64,000 nt of DNA from an uncultured Alphaproteobacteria bacterium (GCA_963748545.1 CAVVJO010000018.1:18535-82534); one strand, 5' to 3'. Shown: positions 10,379-21,759, counted from the stretch's first letter. Program-made: numbers and translations. Notes: generated from the sequence alone by a model not told the origin.

Positions 10379-12856
10379 CTAGAACGTCGCGCCGCCTGAG
10401 AAATTGAAGACCTGCGTCTGGTCGTACTTGCCCTTCGAGAGCGGGAGGGCGAAATCGAACCGGATCGGCCCCATCGGCGACGCCCAGATCAGGCTCGCGC
10501 CGACCGAGGTGCGGATCAGGTTCGGGTCCCACACCTTGGCGCAGCTCGGCTGCGTGATGAGGAACACGTTCTGTCCCGGGCAATAAGTGTAGCCGAGGAA
10601 GTTCGAGAAGTTCGTCTGCCCGGCGTAGCCGATCAGGTTGCCGGCATCGGCGAACAACGCGCCCTTGAGCCCGATTTCCTTCGGCAGGCCGAAGATCGGG
10701 AAATCGACCTCCGCGGACGCGCCATAGTAGGTCGTGCCGCCGAGCGCCGAGCCCTCGATGTTGTTCAGACCGCTCGAGACATCGCGCGGGCCGATGCCGC
10801 CCGGCGCAAAGCCGCGCACCAGCGACGGCCCCATATTGAAGTTGTTGATGATGTCGAGCTGCTTCGAACCGTAGCCGTTGATCTGGCCCGCCTGAAGATG
10901 GATCTGTCCGATAAAGTCCTCGGTGATCGGATGGAACCAGCGCGCGTCGGCCGTCTCGCGGATGAAGTCGGACTGGCCGCCGACGCCCGCGAAGTCCTGC
11001 TTGTAAGTCGCGGTCCAACCGCTGCTGGGGTCCCTGCGGTTGTCGAGATTGTTGTAGCTGAGCGTGAAGCCGACGAGCGACGTGACAATCGCGCCCTGGG
11101 CCGCCGCCTGCTTGATTTCCACCGGCGCCTCGCCGTTGGTCAAGCAGTTGATCAGCACGGTCGGCGTAATGGCGTAGAACGTGCCGCCGACGACCCATGG
11201 GGAGTTGGGGCCGTAGCAGTCGTCATAGGGCTCGGACGACGTGTTCGGGATGGTGATCTTGAACTCATAGAGAGAGTAGTTCGGCTGGAAGGTGAGATCG
11301 TCGGTGACCGGGATGCCCAGTCGCAGCGTGCCGCCCGTCGTCCAGTTCTCGTAGAGCGCGTACTGGTTGTTCAGATTGACCTGGTGATAGAGGTCGAAGC
11401 CCGCCGCCAGCCGCTGACCGAGGAAGTAAGGCTCGGTGAACGACGCCTTCCAGCCTGAGCTGTACTGGCCGTCGGATACGCTCAGGCGCACATACTGGCC
11501 GCGGCCGAGAAAGTTGGTCTCGGTGTAGGCAAGCTCCGCCATGATGCCCTGGGTGGTTGAATACCCGCCGCTGAGGCTGATCGAACCGGTCGGCTGATCC
11601 TCGACGTCGACGACCACGATGACGCGGTCGGGCGACGAGCCCGGGCGGTTCGAAATGTGGACCTTCTTGAAGTAGCCAAGGCCGTTGAGCCTGCGCTCCG
11701 CCCGCTCGATCAGGACGTGGTTGTAGGGGTCGCCTTCACCGATGTCGAACTCGCGCCGGATGACGAAGTCGCGGGTCCGGGTGTTGCCGGTGATGTCGAT
11801 CCGCTCGATGTAGACCTTGGGGCCGTCGTCGACCGAATAATTCAGGGCGATGGTGTGGTTCGTGGGGTCGCGCTGGCCGTGCGGCCGCACTTCCGAGAAC
11901 GCGTAGCCCTGGCTCGCCACCGAGCGCGTCATGGCGTCGACCGTTTTGTCGACCCCGCCGGCGTCATAGACGTCGCCCGGATGCAGGGTCGAGTATCGCA
12001 GCAACGCCGGCCCGTCCACCTTGGGGATGTGCGAGTCCGCCGAAACGCTGGCGACGTGGTACTGCGGCCCCTCGTCCATCGTGATCGTGATGATGTAGCC
12101 GGGCGGGTTCGCCTGATAGGTGACATCGGTGTTGGTGATGCGGAAGTCCGCATAGCCGTTCTTCATGTAATAGCGCCGGATCGTCTCCTCGTCGGAAGCG
12201 AGGCGATCGGGATCGTAAACGTCCGTGCTCTTGATGAAGGACAGAAAGTTCATCGTGCTCGTCTGAATCATATTGTGCAGACGGTAGTCCGAGACCGCGT
12301 GATTGCCGACAAACCGGATTTCGCGGATTCCTGTCTTGTCGCCTTCGTCGATGGTGAAGACGAGATCGACCCGGCCGTTCGGGAGCTGAACCAACCGCTT
12401 GGTGACCCGAGCCTCGTTGCGGCCGTATTTCTTGTAGGCGTCCTTGATGCGTGCGATGTCGCCTTCCGCCGTGGCCTCGTTGTAGACCGTGCCGGGCTTC
12501 GACTGCACCTCGACCTCGAGCTGCTCCTTGGTGATTTTGGTCTCGCCTTCGAACGCGACGCGGTTGAGGACCTGCTTGGCGACGCTGAGCGAAACCACGA
12601 TCCGCCCGTCCACCTCCCTGGCGCTGACGGAAGAATAAATTCCGCTCGACTTCAGGTCGTCCACGCCGCGCTGAATGGAAGCCGGATCGGTGCCTGTGAA
12701 ATAGGGCTTGAGACTGGCGGCGGAGACGCCCGAGCCGCCTTCGACGACGATCTGTTGCGCCTGCGCCGGCGAGCAGGAAAGAACTCCGCTGAAGGCGATC
12801 GCCAACGTCAGAACTAGAGCGCCGAAGAAACCGCAAATCCAACTCATGTCGCTCAT
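10379..12856 (-). CDS. bamA: outer membrane protein assembly factor BamA
   Basis: Signal-like MSDMSWICGFFGALVLTLAIAFSG. POTRA-type repeats (VVEGGSGVSAASLKPYF; IREIRFVGNHAVSDYRL; YIERIDITGNTRTRDFVIRREF). C-terminal barrel ending FNFSGGATF. The track ORF start at 12988 is an upstream extension. Confidence 0.93.
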   Translation of the reverse strand: MSDMSWICGFFGALVLTLAIAFSGVLSCSPAQAQQIVVEGGSGVSAASLKPYFTGTDPASIQRGVDDLKSSGIYSSVSAREVDGRIVVSLSVAKQVLNRVAFEGETKITKEQLEVEVQSKPGTVYNEATAEGDIARIKDAYKKYGRNEARVTKRLVQLPNGRVDLVFTIDEGDKTGIREIRFVGNHAVSDYRLHNMIQTSTMNFLSFIKSTDVYDPDRLASDEETIRRYYMKNGYADFRITNTDVTYQANPPGYIITITMDEGPQYHVASVSADSHIPKVDGPALLRYSTLHPGDVYDAGGVDKTVDAMTRSVASQGYAFSEVRPHGQRDPTNHTIALNYSVDDGPKVYIERIDITGNTRTRDFVIRREFDIGEGDPYNHVLIERAERRLNGLGYFKKVHISNRPGSSPDRVIVVVDVEDQPTGSISLSGGYSTTQGIMAELAYTETNFLGRGQYVRLSVSDGQYSSGWKASFTEPYFLGQRLAAGFDLYHQVNLNNQYALYENWTTGGTLRLGIPVTDDLTFQPNYSLYEFKITIPNTSSEPYDDCYGPNSPWVVGGTFYAITPTVLINCLTNGEAPVEIKQAAAQGAIVTSLVGFTLSYNNLDNRRDPSSGWTATYKQDFAGVGGQSDFIRETADARWFHPITEDFIGQIHLQAGQINGYGSKQLDIINNFNMGPSLVRGFAPGGIGPRDVSSGLNNIEGSALGGTTYYGASAEVDFPIFGLPKEIGLKGALFADAGNLIGYAGQTNFSNFLGYTYCPGQNVFLITQPSCAKVWDPNLIRTSVGASLIWASPMGPIRFDFALPLSKGKYDQTQVFNFSGGATF

Positions 12857-13114
12857 AGTCCCTCTTCGCGCCGCGGTGGCGAGTGCCGCACGCGCCGCTC
12901 CAGCCCCGCACTCGCAATCAAGACCATGGTTGGACCACCACGATTTTCTTACGCACGGCGCACGACGCTTCTTTCTGATCCCCCGCAAGAGGGAACAGCG
13001 CGTTTAAACGGCCTTTTATCGTTTTCGGCCACTCCTGCAAACCTCTATTCGGCAACCCTACACCATTTCGCGAGGGCGTTGCCGAGAGGACACGCAAAGA
13101 TGGTCGATCATTCG

Positions 13115-14257
13115 TTAATTGACGCTCCCGACGAGCCGCAGGATGTCGTGCGAGGTGGTGAAGACCAGCAATGTGGCGACCAGCACGATCCCGATTTTCA
13201 AGCCAAGTTCCTGCATCCGCTGACTCAACGGACGCCCCAGGGCGGCTTCGAAGGCGTAGAAGACGAGGTGGCCGCCGTCGAGCAAGGGAATCGGCAGCAG
13301 GTTCATGAACCCGACGGAAACCGAGAACCATGCGGCGAGGCTGAACAGCTCCCACAAGCTGATCTTGGCCATTTCGCCCGCCATCTGCGCTGCGCCGATC
13401 AGCCCCGAGACCTGATCGGTCAACTCGCGGCCGGCGAATATGCCCCCGATATAGGCGCTCGTCGCCTTTACGATGAACCAGACCTGCGACGCGCCCCACC
13501 CGGCGCAGACCGGCGCGCTGCAACGCTCGACGGTGACGTCGCTGGGGCTGTTCGAGGACGCAAGGCCGAGATGGCCCATTCGGCGCTTACCGAAGACGCC
13601 CTGATCGACCACGCTGATCCTGGGTGTCGCGGTCAGCGGAACCTCTTTGCCGTCCCGTTCGACCACGAACGTCATCGGCAGCCCGGTGCTCATGAGCGTG
13701 GCTTCCTGCAGCCCCTCGAAACTCACGATCGGATCGCCGTCGACCGACTTGACGAGGTCGCCGGGCAGGAAGCCTGCGGCGGCGGCGGGACTGTTCGCCT
13801 CCACCCGGCCGATGCGCGCGACGTGCTCGACCCGCCCGAAGGCCATGAAAAAGAACGTGAAAATCACGAAGGCGAGGATGAAGTTGGCGACCGGTCCGGC
13901 CAGCACGATCGCTGCGCGATTGGCGACCGGCTGGGCGGCGAGGGTGCGCGGCTGATCGACCGAGATATCCAGCGAGCCGACATTGACGCTCGCGGCGTTG
14001 GCGTCGCCGTGAAACTTGACATAGCCGCCGAGCGGGAGCGCCCCGACCCGCCAGCGGGTGCCGTGCGAATCGACCCGTGCGAACAATTCCGGTCCAAAGC
14101 CAATGGAAAAGGCGTCGATCCGAACGCCGCACCACCGTCCCACCAGATAATGGCCCAGTTCGTGAAAGAACACGATCGCGCTGAGGATCACGATGAACGG
14201 CAGGACGTACCAGCCGAGCCAGGACAGGAGATCTGAAACCGAGTGCAGAAGGGCCAT
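13115..14257 (-). CDS. rseP: RIP zinc metalloprotease RseP
   Basis: HELGH motif in the first TM (FFHELGHYLVGRWCGV), a PDZ-like middle region, and C-terminal NLLPIPLLDGGHL. Confidence 0.9.
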   Translation of the reverse strand: MALLHSVSDLLSWLGWYVLPFIVILSAIVFFHELGHYLVGRWCGVRIDAFSIGFGPELFARVDSHGTRWRVGALPLGGYVKFHGDANAASVNVGSLDISVDQPRTLAAQPVANRAAIVLAGPVANFILAFVIFTFFFMAFGRVEHVARIGRVEANSPAAAAGFLPGDLVKSVDGDPIVSFEGLQEATLMSTGLPMTFVVERDGKEVPLTATPRISVVDQGVFGKRRMGHLGLASSNSPSDVTVERCSAPVCAGWGASQVWFIVKATSAYIGGIFAGRELTDQVSGLIGAAQMAGEMAKISLWELFSLAAWFSVSVGFMNLLPIPLLDGGHLVFYAFEAALGRPLSQRMQELGLKIGIVLVATLLVFTTSHDILRLVGSVN

Positions 14258-14340
14258 CAACGTCTCCGCGGCGCAGGAAGCGCGCATTCTCCGGCGGATG
14301 GCCGGGCCGTTTTCGCCGAAATGTTAGCCGACCGCGGCGC

Positions 14341-15561
14341 TCAGGCCAACAGTCCGCGCGTTCTCTCGCCGGCGATATGGTGAATTGCGAGCGCCTGCGC
14401 AACATTTCGCGGCGTCGTCAGTTCGCCGGCGGCGTGCATGCTCGTGACGGTTCGCTCGACCAGCCGGGCCATGTCGCGGAAGCCGATCTGACTGGCCAGG
14501 AAGGCGGCGACTGCGACCTCGTTGGCGGCGTTGAGCGCGGTTGGGGCCCCGCCGCCCGCGCGAAGCGCGTCGATGGCGATGCCGAGCGCGGGAAAACGTT
14601 CGAGGTCCGCGCGCTCGAAGGTGAGACGGCCGAGCGCGGCGAGATCCGGCCCCCGCACGCCCGAGGCGATGCGCTCCGGATAGGCGAGGCAATGCGCGAT
14701 CGGGGTGCGCATGTCGGGCGACGCCATGCCAGCGATCAGCGAACCGTCGACGAAGGCGATGAGCCCATGGACGATCGACTGGGGGTGAACGACGACATCG
14801 AGCCGTTCCGGAGGAACCCCGAACAGGTAATGCGCCTCGATCAGTTCGAGCCCCTTGTTCATCAGACTCGCGGAGTCGATGGTCACCTTGGGGCCCATCA
14901 CCCAATTCGGATGGGCGAGCGCCTCGGCGCGGGTGGCGGCGGCGATGCGCTCTGCGCTCCATTCGCGGAACGGCCCGCCCGAGGCGGTGATCGTCATCAT
15001 CGCGATCGTGTCCGGATCCCGCGATCCGATCGCCTGGAAAAGCGCGTTGTGCTCCGAATCCATTGGCAGCAGCAGGGCGCCGGCGTGCGCGGCGGTCTCC
15101 ATCACCACCGCGCCGGCGCACACCAGCGTCTCCTTGTTGGCGAGGGCGACCGTGCGCCCCGCCTCGATCGCGGCGAAGGTCGGCTCGAGGCCCGCAGCGC
15201 CCACGATCGCCGAGACGACGAGGTCCGCCTCGCGCAGCGCCGCTTCGCGCACGGCTTCCGGGCCGGCCGCGGCCTCGACTCCCGTCCCCGCTAGCGCCGC
15301 CTTGAGGTCGGCGTAGGAGTCCGGGTCGGCGATCGCCGCAAATTCCGCTCCGAGTTCGATGGCGCGCCGCGCCAGCGCCCCGCCATCCCGCCCGGCGGCG
15401 ACCGATACGACCGAAAAGCGACCCGGCGCCGCGGCGATGACCTGGGCGCAAGATCCGCCGATCGACCCGGTCGCGCCGAGGATCGCGAGCCGTCTCGGCG
15501 CCGCGCCGCGTTTCGGCGCGTGAGCTGGAGCAAGGTCGATGAGTTCGGCAGCGCTTACCAT
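14341..15561 (-). CDS. dxr: 1-deoxy-D-xylulose-5-phosphate reductoisomerase
   Basis: RLAILGATGSIGGSCAQV...ANKETLVCAG...LLPMDSEHNALFQ...TASGGPF...HPNWVMGPKVTIDSASLMNKGLELIEAHYLF. ATG at 15559-15561 overlaps the cdsA stop. The rest of track ORF 14341..16071 is shadow. Confidence 0.92.
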   Translation of the reverse strand: MVSAAELIDLAPAHAPKRGAAPRRLAILGATGSIGGSCAQVIAAAPGRFSVVSVAAGRDGGALARRAIELGAEFAAIADPDSYADLKAALAGTGVEAAAGPEAVREAALREADLVVSAIVGAAGLEPTFAAIEAGRTVALANKETLVCAGAVVMETAAHAGALLLPMDSEHNALFQAIGSRDPDTIAMMTITASGGPFREWSAERIAAATRAEALAHPNWVMGPKVTIDSASLMNKGLELIEAHYLFGVPPERLDVVVHPQSIVHGLIAFVDGSLIAGMASPDMRTPIAHCLAYPERIASGVRGPDLAALGRLTFERADLERFPALGIAIDALRAGGGAPTALNAANEVAVAAFLASQIGFRDMARLVERTVTSMHAAGELTTPRNVAQALAIHHIAGERTRGLLA

Positions 15562-16445
15562 TGAAAGAGTCCGCTTGCGATGAAGGAGCCGCGCGTATTG
15601 AGCGCGGCGACGACGGCGGCGAAAGCCGACGCGGCGATGAACGAATCGAGCCTGTCCATCACCCCCCCGTGGCCAGGGATGATGCGGCTCGAATCCTTGA
15701 CCCCGAATCGGCGCTTGACCGCCAACTCGAACAGGTCGCCGAGTTCCGACACCACCGCGGCGGCGAGACCCAGCGCGAAGACGGGACCGATCGGAAGCGG
15801 CCCGGGGACAAGGATCAGGCTGAGCACGAGGCCGAGCGCGGCGCCGGCGAGCGCCCCGGCGACGGCGCCTGACCAGGTCTTGCCAGGCGAGACGCTCGGC
15901 CAAAGCCTCGGGCCGCCGATCGCGCGGCCGGCGAAATAGGCGGCGACGTCGGCGCCCCACACGATCGCGAACAGCCACAGGATCGCGGGCAACCCGTAGA
16001 TCGGGCTCGCTTGCAGAAGGCCCAGGCTGACGACCAGCGCGCCGGCGTAGAGCGCCCCCGCTCCCGCCCACGTCGGTCTTTCGCGGCCGCCGGCGAAGGC
16101 GACCGCCACGGCGGCGGCGACAAGCGCTAGGACGGCGAGAAGCAGGTGGTTGTGCATGGCCATCAGCGCGGCGACGGCGAGAGCCACAGCGCCGACAGCG
16201 ACCCGCAGGACGAGCCGCTCACGCGCCACGATCCGCTCCCATTCCCAAAGCACGACGACCGAAACGATCCACCAGAATACGGAGAACACGATTCCGCCGG
16301 TCCAGGCGGACGCGAGCGCCGCAACGCCCATGACGACCGATGCGGCGACGCGGGGCCACAAGTCGGGCCCGATGCGAGGGATCCCCCTCTCCGGAATCCG
16401 CTGGGCTTTGGCGTCGTCGGGGCTCGCGCTCATCTGCTCAGTCAC
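15555..16445 (-). CDS. cdsA: phosphatidate cytidylyltransferase
   Basis: Multi-TM protein with C-terminal signature [12 protein letters not shown]...[36 protein letters not shown]. The GTG start overlaps the uppS stop; an alternative ATG lies at 16433. Confidence 0.9.
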   Translation of the reverse strand: MTEQMSASPDDAKAQRIPERGIPRIGPDLWPRVAASVVMGVAALASAWTGGIVFSVFWWIVSVVVLWEWERIVARERLVLRVAVGAVALAVAALMAMHNHLLLAVLALVAAAVAVAFAGGRERPTWAGAGALYAGALVVSLGLLQASPIYGLPAILWLFAIVWGADVAAYFAGRAIGGPRLWPSVSPGKTWSGAVAGALAGAALGLVLSLILVPGPLPIGPVFALGLAAAVVSELGDLFELAVKRRFGVKDSSRIIPGHGGVMDRLDSFIAASAFAAVVAALNTRGSFIASGLFQW

Positions 16446-17206
16446 GAGGCAGTTAGGATTGCGGGCGTTTCGGCGGTGGCGCCGAAACGGCGCTCGCGCG
16501 CTGAATATTGCTGCAGCGCCGCGGCGAACGCCGCCTCGTCGAAATCCGGCCAGAAGATCGGCATAAAGACAAGTTCTGCGTAGGCCGCCTGCCAGAGCAG
16601 AAAGTTCGACAGCCGCATTTCGCCGGAGGTGCGGATGATCAGGTCCGGATCGGGAATGTCGGCGGTGTCCAGCCGCGCGGCGAAGTCCTCCTCGCAGATC
16701 GCGTCCGGATCAAGCCGTCCCAGGCGGACCTCCTCGGCCAGACGCCGCGCTGTGGCGACAATCTCCTGGCGCGAGCCGTAATTGAAGGCGACGATCAGGG
16801 TCAGGCCGCAGTTTTTTAGCGTGACAGCCTCCGCTTCGTCGAGCAGCAGGCGGATATCGGACGAGAGGCCGTGGCGCTCGCCAATGACGCGCACCCGAAC
16901 GCCGTTGCGGTGCAGGTCCGCAAGGTCGTTGCGGATATATCGCTTCAACAGGCCCATCAGCATCGCCACCTCGTCCGCGGGGCGGCGCCAGTTTTCGGAC
17001 GAGAAGCTGTAGATGGTCAGATAGCGCACGTCATGGTGGATGGCGGACCGCACGGCCCGGCGGACCGCCTCGACGCCGCGGCGATGGCCTTCGAAACGGG
17101 GCAAACCGTGCGCCTTCGCCCAGCGGCCGTTGCCGTCCATGATGATCCCCACGTGGGTGGGCGTCTGGTCGCTGCGCGGGCTTGCGGGGGAGCGGGCGTA
17201 AGACAT
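16442..17206 (-). CDS. uppS: isoprenyl transferase (undecaprenyl-diphosphate synthase)
   Basis: [14 protein letters not shown]...[14 protein letters not shown]...[24 protein letters not shown]. Confidence 0.93.
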   Translation of the reverse strand: MSYARSPASPRSDQTPTHVGIIMDGNGRWAKAHGLPRFEGHRRGVEAVRRAVRSAIHHDVRYLTIYSFSSENWRRPADEVAMLMGLLKRYIRNDLADLHRNGVRVRVIGERHGLSSDIRLLLDEAEAVTLKNCGLTLIVAFNYGSRQEIVATARRLAEEVRLGRLDPDAICEEDFAARLDTADIPDPDLIIRTSGEMRLSNFLLWQAAYAELVFMPIFWPDFDEAAFAAALQQYSARERRFGATAETPAILTAS

Positions 17207-17235
17207 GAAGGGGTCCTCGCGACCGGGCGCTTCGC

Positions 17236-17802
17236 CTAGACCTGCATGATCTCCTTTTCCTTGGCGGCGAGCGAGGCGTCGATGTCCTTGATGGCGATAT
17301 CGGTCGCCTTCTGCACCTCAGTCTGGTGTTTCGCCTCGTCGTCTTCGCTGATTGCGTGGTCCTTCAGCAGTTTCTTGAGGACGTCGATGCCGTCACGGCG
17401 CACATGGCGCACGGCGACGCGCGCGTCTTCGGCGTATTTGTGGGCGATCTTGACCATTTCCTTGCGCCGCTGCTCGTTCAACTCGGGAATGCGGATGCGC
17501 AGCGTCGTGCCCTCGACGGTCGGGCTGAGGCCGAGATTGGAGTCCCGGATCGCCTTGTCGACAGCGTGCACCAGCCCCTTGTCCCAGACGGACACGGCGA
17601 GCGCGCGCGATTCGGGCACGCTGATCGTAGCGACCTGGTTGATCGGCACCCGGTTTCCGTACGCCTCGACCTGGACGGGCTCGAGCAGGCTCGCGCTCGC
17701 GCGGCCGGTTCGTAAGCCGCCGAGTTCGTGCTTGAGAGAGGCGTGCGCCGCCTGCATGCGCCGCTTGAGGTCCTCGAGATCGAATTTGGGCAATTGCGCC
17801 AT
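17236..17802 (-). CDS. frr: ribosome recycling factor
   Basis: 188 aa: [27 protein letters not shown]...[31 protein letters not shown]. Confidence 0.95.
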   Translation of the reverse strand: MAQLPKFDLEDLKRRMQAAHASLKHELGGLRTGRASASLLEPVQVEAYGNRVPINQVATISVPESRALAVSVWDKGLVHAVDKAIRDSNLGLSPTVEGTTLRIRIPELNEQRRKEMVKIAHKYAEDARVAVRHVRRDGIDVLKKLLKDHAISEDDEAKHQTEVQKATDIAIKDIDASLAAKEKEIMQV

Positions 17803-17940
17803 GGTGGTCCTACACGTTGTCCATGCAAGCCGCGTCGCGCGAAGCGCTGTTCAAACGCGGCTCGGCCGCCTTTAGGGGCGACCGTCGGCCTCATTAGCAT
17901 AGCTTCCGGGCTGTGACAGCGGGAATGTCCGCGGCTCTTC

Positions 17941-18648
17941 CTAACCGGCCTGTATTTTCTCGAGCCTCGCCGCCGCGGCCATCGCCGCCAGCGCCGCCTG
18001 GCCGTCGGGCTGGATCAGTCCGGCGGACATGATGAGCTTGGCCCCTTCGTCGGCGCTGATCGGCAGCTCGATCACGTCTTCGGCGGCGATGTAGAAAAAG
18101 AAACCGGTGGTCGGGTTCGGGGTGCAGGGCATGAACACCGACACCATCGGCTTTTCGCCCGGCAGGGCGTTCGCAACGACGGGGCCCGGATCCGAGGACA
18201 AAAACACGATCGACCAGCTTCCCTTAATGGGAAACTCGACCAATCCGACCTTCCGAAATTGCGAGCCGGATTTGCTGAAAACCGTCTCGAACACCTGCTT
18301 CAGGCCCTTGTAGAGCCCGCGCACGACGGGCATGCGGTCGAGCATCGCCTCGCTGTACCCAACCAGGGTGCGGCCGATGATGGTGGCGGTGAGGAAGCCG
18401 AGCAGGGTGAGGCCGACGACGCCGATCAGAACGCCGAGGCCGGGCACGTGCACCGGGAGGTAGGCGTCCGGCGACAGGCTCCAGGGAAGCACCGGCTTCA
18501 CCCAATTGTCGATGGTGTTGATGACGAACCAGGCGACGTAAGCGGTCACCGCCACCGGGCCGAAGACGACCAGCCCGGTGAAGAACCACGACCGCAGGCG
18601 TTGCCACAGCGACCGGTGAAACGAGGCGCGCTGCAAATCGATCGACAT
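17941..18648 (-). CDS. DUF502 domain membrane protein
   Basis: 235 aa with two N-terminal TM helices. The conserved motifs IPVVRGLYKGLKQV and VFMPCTPNPTTGFFFYI are typical of DUF502. Confidence 0.8.
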   Translation of the reverse strand: MSIDLQRASFHRSLWQRLRSWFFTGLVVFGPVAVTAYVAWFVINTIDNWVKPVLPWSLSPDAYLPVHVPGLGVLIGVVGLTLLGFLTATIIGRTLVGYSEAMLDRMPVVRGLYKGLKQVFETVFSKSGSQFRKVGLVEFPIKGSWSIVFLSSDPGPVVANALPGEKPMVSVFMPCTPNPTTGFFFYIAAEDVIELPISADEGAKLIMSAGLIQPDGQAALAAMAAAARLEKIQAG

Positions 18649-18732
18649 CAGGGCTCACATTTGTAGAAGCGCAAGCCGGAAAAACTGCTGGCTCGCCGTG
18701 GCGAATGCAAGGCGCCGCGCGTGACCGCCGAG

Positions 18733-19140
18733 CTATCCCTGTTCGTCGTCGAGTTCGTAGTCCTCGCACGACCGACCGAAAGCCGAAAGCGCGTCCTCGA
18801 GGTAGTCCGGCAGCAGAGGAATGCCGATCAGATATTTCCAGGTCGGGCCTTCGCGGCGCTCGCCCGCGGCGGCGACAGCGCTCTTCCAGTCGTCGGCCTC
18901 GAAGTCGCCGCGCCCGATCCAGACCAGCGCGACCAGCGCCGCCTGCTCGTCGACGTCGAGGTCGCGGATGAACTCCACGAGCTCCCGGCGAAACGCATTG
19001 CCCGCGGCGCCGGTCAGAATGATCCGCTCGCCGTCGTCGGAGGGGTTGGACGCGTCGGGCGAAGCGTCGACGTCCTCGCTGAACAGCTCCCGCGCCTTCT
19101 CGATGATGAAGCACACCTTCGCGGGATTGATCTCGGGCAT
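18733..19140 (-). CDS. DUF3775 domain protein
   Basis: MPEINPAKVCFIIEKARELF...LVEFIRDLDVDEQAALVALVWIGRGDF...YLIGIPLLPDYLEDAL. Internal ATG at 19140 chosen over the track start at 19194. Confidence 0.7.
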   Translation of the reverse strand: MPEINPAKVCFIIEKARELFSEDVDASPDASNPSDDGERIILTGAAGNAFRRELVEFIRDLDVDEQAALVALVWIGRGDFEADDWKSAVAAAGERREGPTWKYLIGIPLLPDYLEDALSAFGRSCEDYELDDEQG

Positions 19141-19277
19141 CGGTTTTTCGCTGGTATCGATCCTGCGCATCAGCCGTCTCCTCACCCCAGTCATCGCGCC
19201 GTCATCATCCGCGCAAGTTGCGGCAAGTCAAAGCGGAGACGAAAAAACGCCGGATTGCGCCGCCGATCCGGCCGCCG

Positions 19278-21102
19278 TCATTCGACCGTGACCGATTTCG
19301 CCAGGTTGCGCGGCTGATCGGCGTCTTTGCCCATGAGCACCGCCGTATGGTAGGCGAGCATCTGAACCGGCACGGCGTAGACGATCGGGGCGAAGTTCGC
19401 GCCGACGTCGGGCATCGCCAGGAAATGCTCGATCTCGACCGCCGCCTCCTCGGCCGCATGCCGCTCGCCGATCAGGATGATGCGCCCGCCGCGCGCGGCG
19501 ACCTCCTGCATATTGGACACGGTCTTCTCCAACACCGCGTCACGCGGCGCCAGGACGACCACCGGCATGTCCGGGTCGATCAGCGCGATCGGCCCATGTT
19601 TGAGTTCGCCTGCGGCGTAACCCTCGGCGTGGATGTAGCTCAGCTCCTTGAGCTTGAGGGCGCCCTCGAGCGCGACCGGAAAGCCGGTGCCGCGGCCGAG
19701 ATACAGAACGTCGCGGGCGTGGGCGATGGCGCGGGCGAGCTTTTCGACGGCGGGCTCCAGTTTCAGCGCTTCGGCGAGAAGGCCGGGCGCGGCGACCAGT
19801 TCGGCGAGAAGGCCGGCCTCCTGTGTCGCGTCGATCTCGCCCCGCGCCATAGCCAGCCCGATGGCGAGCGCCGCAAGCGCCGCAAGCTGGCAGGTGAAGG
19901 CCTTGGTCGAGGCGACGCCGATCTCGGGGCCGGCGAGCGTCGGCGCTGCGACGTCGGTCAGTCGCGCGATGCTGGACTCGGGCACATTGACGAGGCCGAT
20001 CGTCTTCGCCCCGCGCTCCATGACATATCGGAGAGAGGCCAGCGTATCGGCCGTCTCGCCCGACTGGGAGATCACGATGCAGAGGCCGTTCCGGTCCACC
20101 GGCGCCTCGCGGTAGCGATATTCCGAGGCGACGTCGATTTCGACAGGAATTCGGGCGAAGCGCTCGATCCAGTACTTGCCGACGAGCCCGGCCATGTAGG
20201 CGGTGCCGCAGCCGATGATCGTCACCCGAGATAGCGTCTTCGGGTCGGCCGGCCACGCGAAGGGTTTGAGCCGCATCGAAGCCATGTCGATATAGTGAGC
20301 GAGCGTATGCCCGACGACTTCCGGCTGCTCGTGGATCTCCTTGGCCATGAAGTGCCGGTAATTGCCCTTCTCGGCCAGCAGGCTGCCGGGCTGGCTGCGC
20401 TGGACGCGGCGCTCGACGGGCTTTCCGGAGGCGTCGCGGACCTCGGCGCCGGCGCGCGTCACCACAACCCAGTCGCCCTCTTCGAGGTAGGCGACCCGGT
20501 CGGTGAAGGGCGCGAGCGCCAGCGCGTCGGAGCCGAGATACATCTCGCCGTCGCCATAGCCGATAGCGAGGGGCGCGCCCTGCCGCGCGCCAATCAAAAG
20601 GTCGTCGTGGCCTTCGAACAGGTAGACCAGCGCAAAGGCGCCGCGCATCCGCCTCAGGCCTGCGAACACCGCGTCGGCCGGCGTCTTGCCGGACGCTATC
20701 TCGTCCTCGACTACGAGCGCGGCGATCTCGGAGTCGGTTTCCGTCACAAAGCCGTAACCCTTGGCCGCCAGCTCTTCGCGCAGGGCCTTGAAGTTCTCGA
20801 TGATGCCGTTGTGCACAACCGCGAGCCCGCGCGCGGCGTGGGGATGCGCGTTCGCCTCGGTCGGCTTGCCGTGGGTCGCCCATCGGGTGTGGCCGATGCC
20901 GCTTGCGCCCTTGAGCGGCTCTGCGGCGAGCCTCGCCTCGAGGTTCCTGAGCTTGCCTTCGGCGCGCCGCCTCTCGAGCCTGCCGTTTTCGAGCGTCGCG
21001 ACGCCTGCCGAAGTCATAGCCGCGATATTCGAGCCGCTTCAGCGCGTCGACGATCGACCCCGCGACGGCCCCCGTACCCAGAACGCCTACAATTCCACAC
21101 AT
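19278..21102 (-). CDS. glmS: glutamine--fructose-6-phosphate aminotransferase, interrupted by an apparent 1-nt insertion near 21011
   Basis: The N-terminus MCGIVGVLGTGAVAGSIVDALKRLEYRGYD is in one frame (track ORF 19540..21102). The remainder, SAGVATLENG...HTRWATHG...SGETADTL...ending KSVTVE, is in track ORF 19278..21017. The junction reads gacTTcggc where gacTcggc would restore YDSAG. Confidence 0.9.
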
Positions 21103-21294
21103 AGGGTCTGCACCTGTGCTTCGGCCCTATTTGGGACCCGCAAGCGTTAAGCCAGCGACCCCGACCGCCTCAAGTCAATTTCTTTGAAAGAATGTGAATC
21201 GCGTCAATCAGCCGAGCCCCAATTGCGCCGTTCAGCCCCATAGGCTACCAATCGACTGGCTTTAACGAATTGCGGATCAGAAGGGCTTAAGGCG

Positions 21295-21759
21295 GTGAAG
21301 CGCGGCGGCAAGGCGGAGCGGCGGAGGCTGAGGGCGAAACCCAGCCTCACGGCTTTCCGTTCGCCGCTCACCGCCCTTGTCGCCGCGCTGGCGCTGCTCT
21401 TTCAGCTTGCAGTCGTCCCCTATCATCAGGCGCTCAGCGCCCCGATCGCCGCGCCCGGGGCCGTCGACGTCGCTGGCGTAGCGGCTGAGCTGCAGGCGAC
21501 GTTCGGCGCCGCGGCGGCGCTCTGCACCGAGACCGACGGGAAGGGCGGCCCACTCGCGCCGGCGGGCGATTGCGACGACCACTGCCCGCTTTGCCATTTC
21601 GCCGCGCAGGCGGGCGCGCTGGTCGCGCCCGACGCCCCCGCCCTGCCCGATCGCCTCGATGCGGCCGGTCTGACGCTCGGCGCCGCGCCGGAGGCCGGCG
21701 ATGTTCCCGCCTCCCCAACTCGTCACAACCGCGCCCGGGCGCCGCCCTTCCCCGTCTGA
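21295..21759 (+). CDS. DUF2946 domain protein
   Basis: N-terminal TM/signal segment (LTALVAALALLFQLAVVP) and the C-terminal Cys motif DHCPLCHFAAQAG characteristic of DUF2946. Lies at the head of the copper gene cluster. GTG start. Confidence 0.65.
   Translation: MKRGGKAERRRLRAKPSLTAFRSPLTALVAALALLFQLAVVPYHQALSAPIAAPGAVDVAGVAAELQATFGAAAALCTETDGKGGPLAPAGDCDDHCPLCHFAAQAGALVAPDAPALPDRLDAAGLTLGAAPEAGDVPASPTRHNRARAPPFPV

Noticed and set aside
14341-16071. 576-aa ORF suggesting a long N-terminal extension of Dxr.
   Set aside because: The first 170 codons are Arg-rich shadow of cdsA. The conserved Dxr N-terminus (LAILGATGSIGG) follows ATG 15561, which overlaps the cdsA stop.
21103-21294. Regulatory RNA (for example a glmS ribozyme) in the glmS leader.
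   Set aside because: The glmS ribozyme is a Gram-positive feature, and none of its conserved core was recognisable. The region is more simply a divergent promoter interval shared between glmS and the DUF2946 gene.
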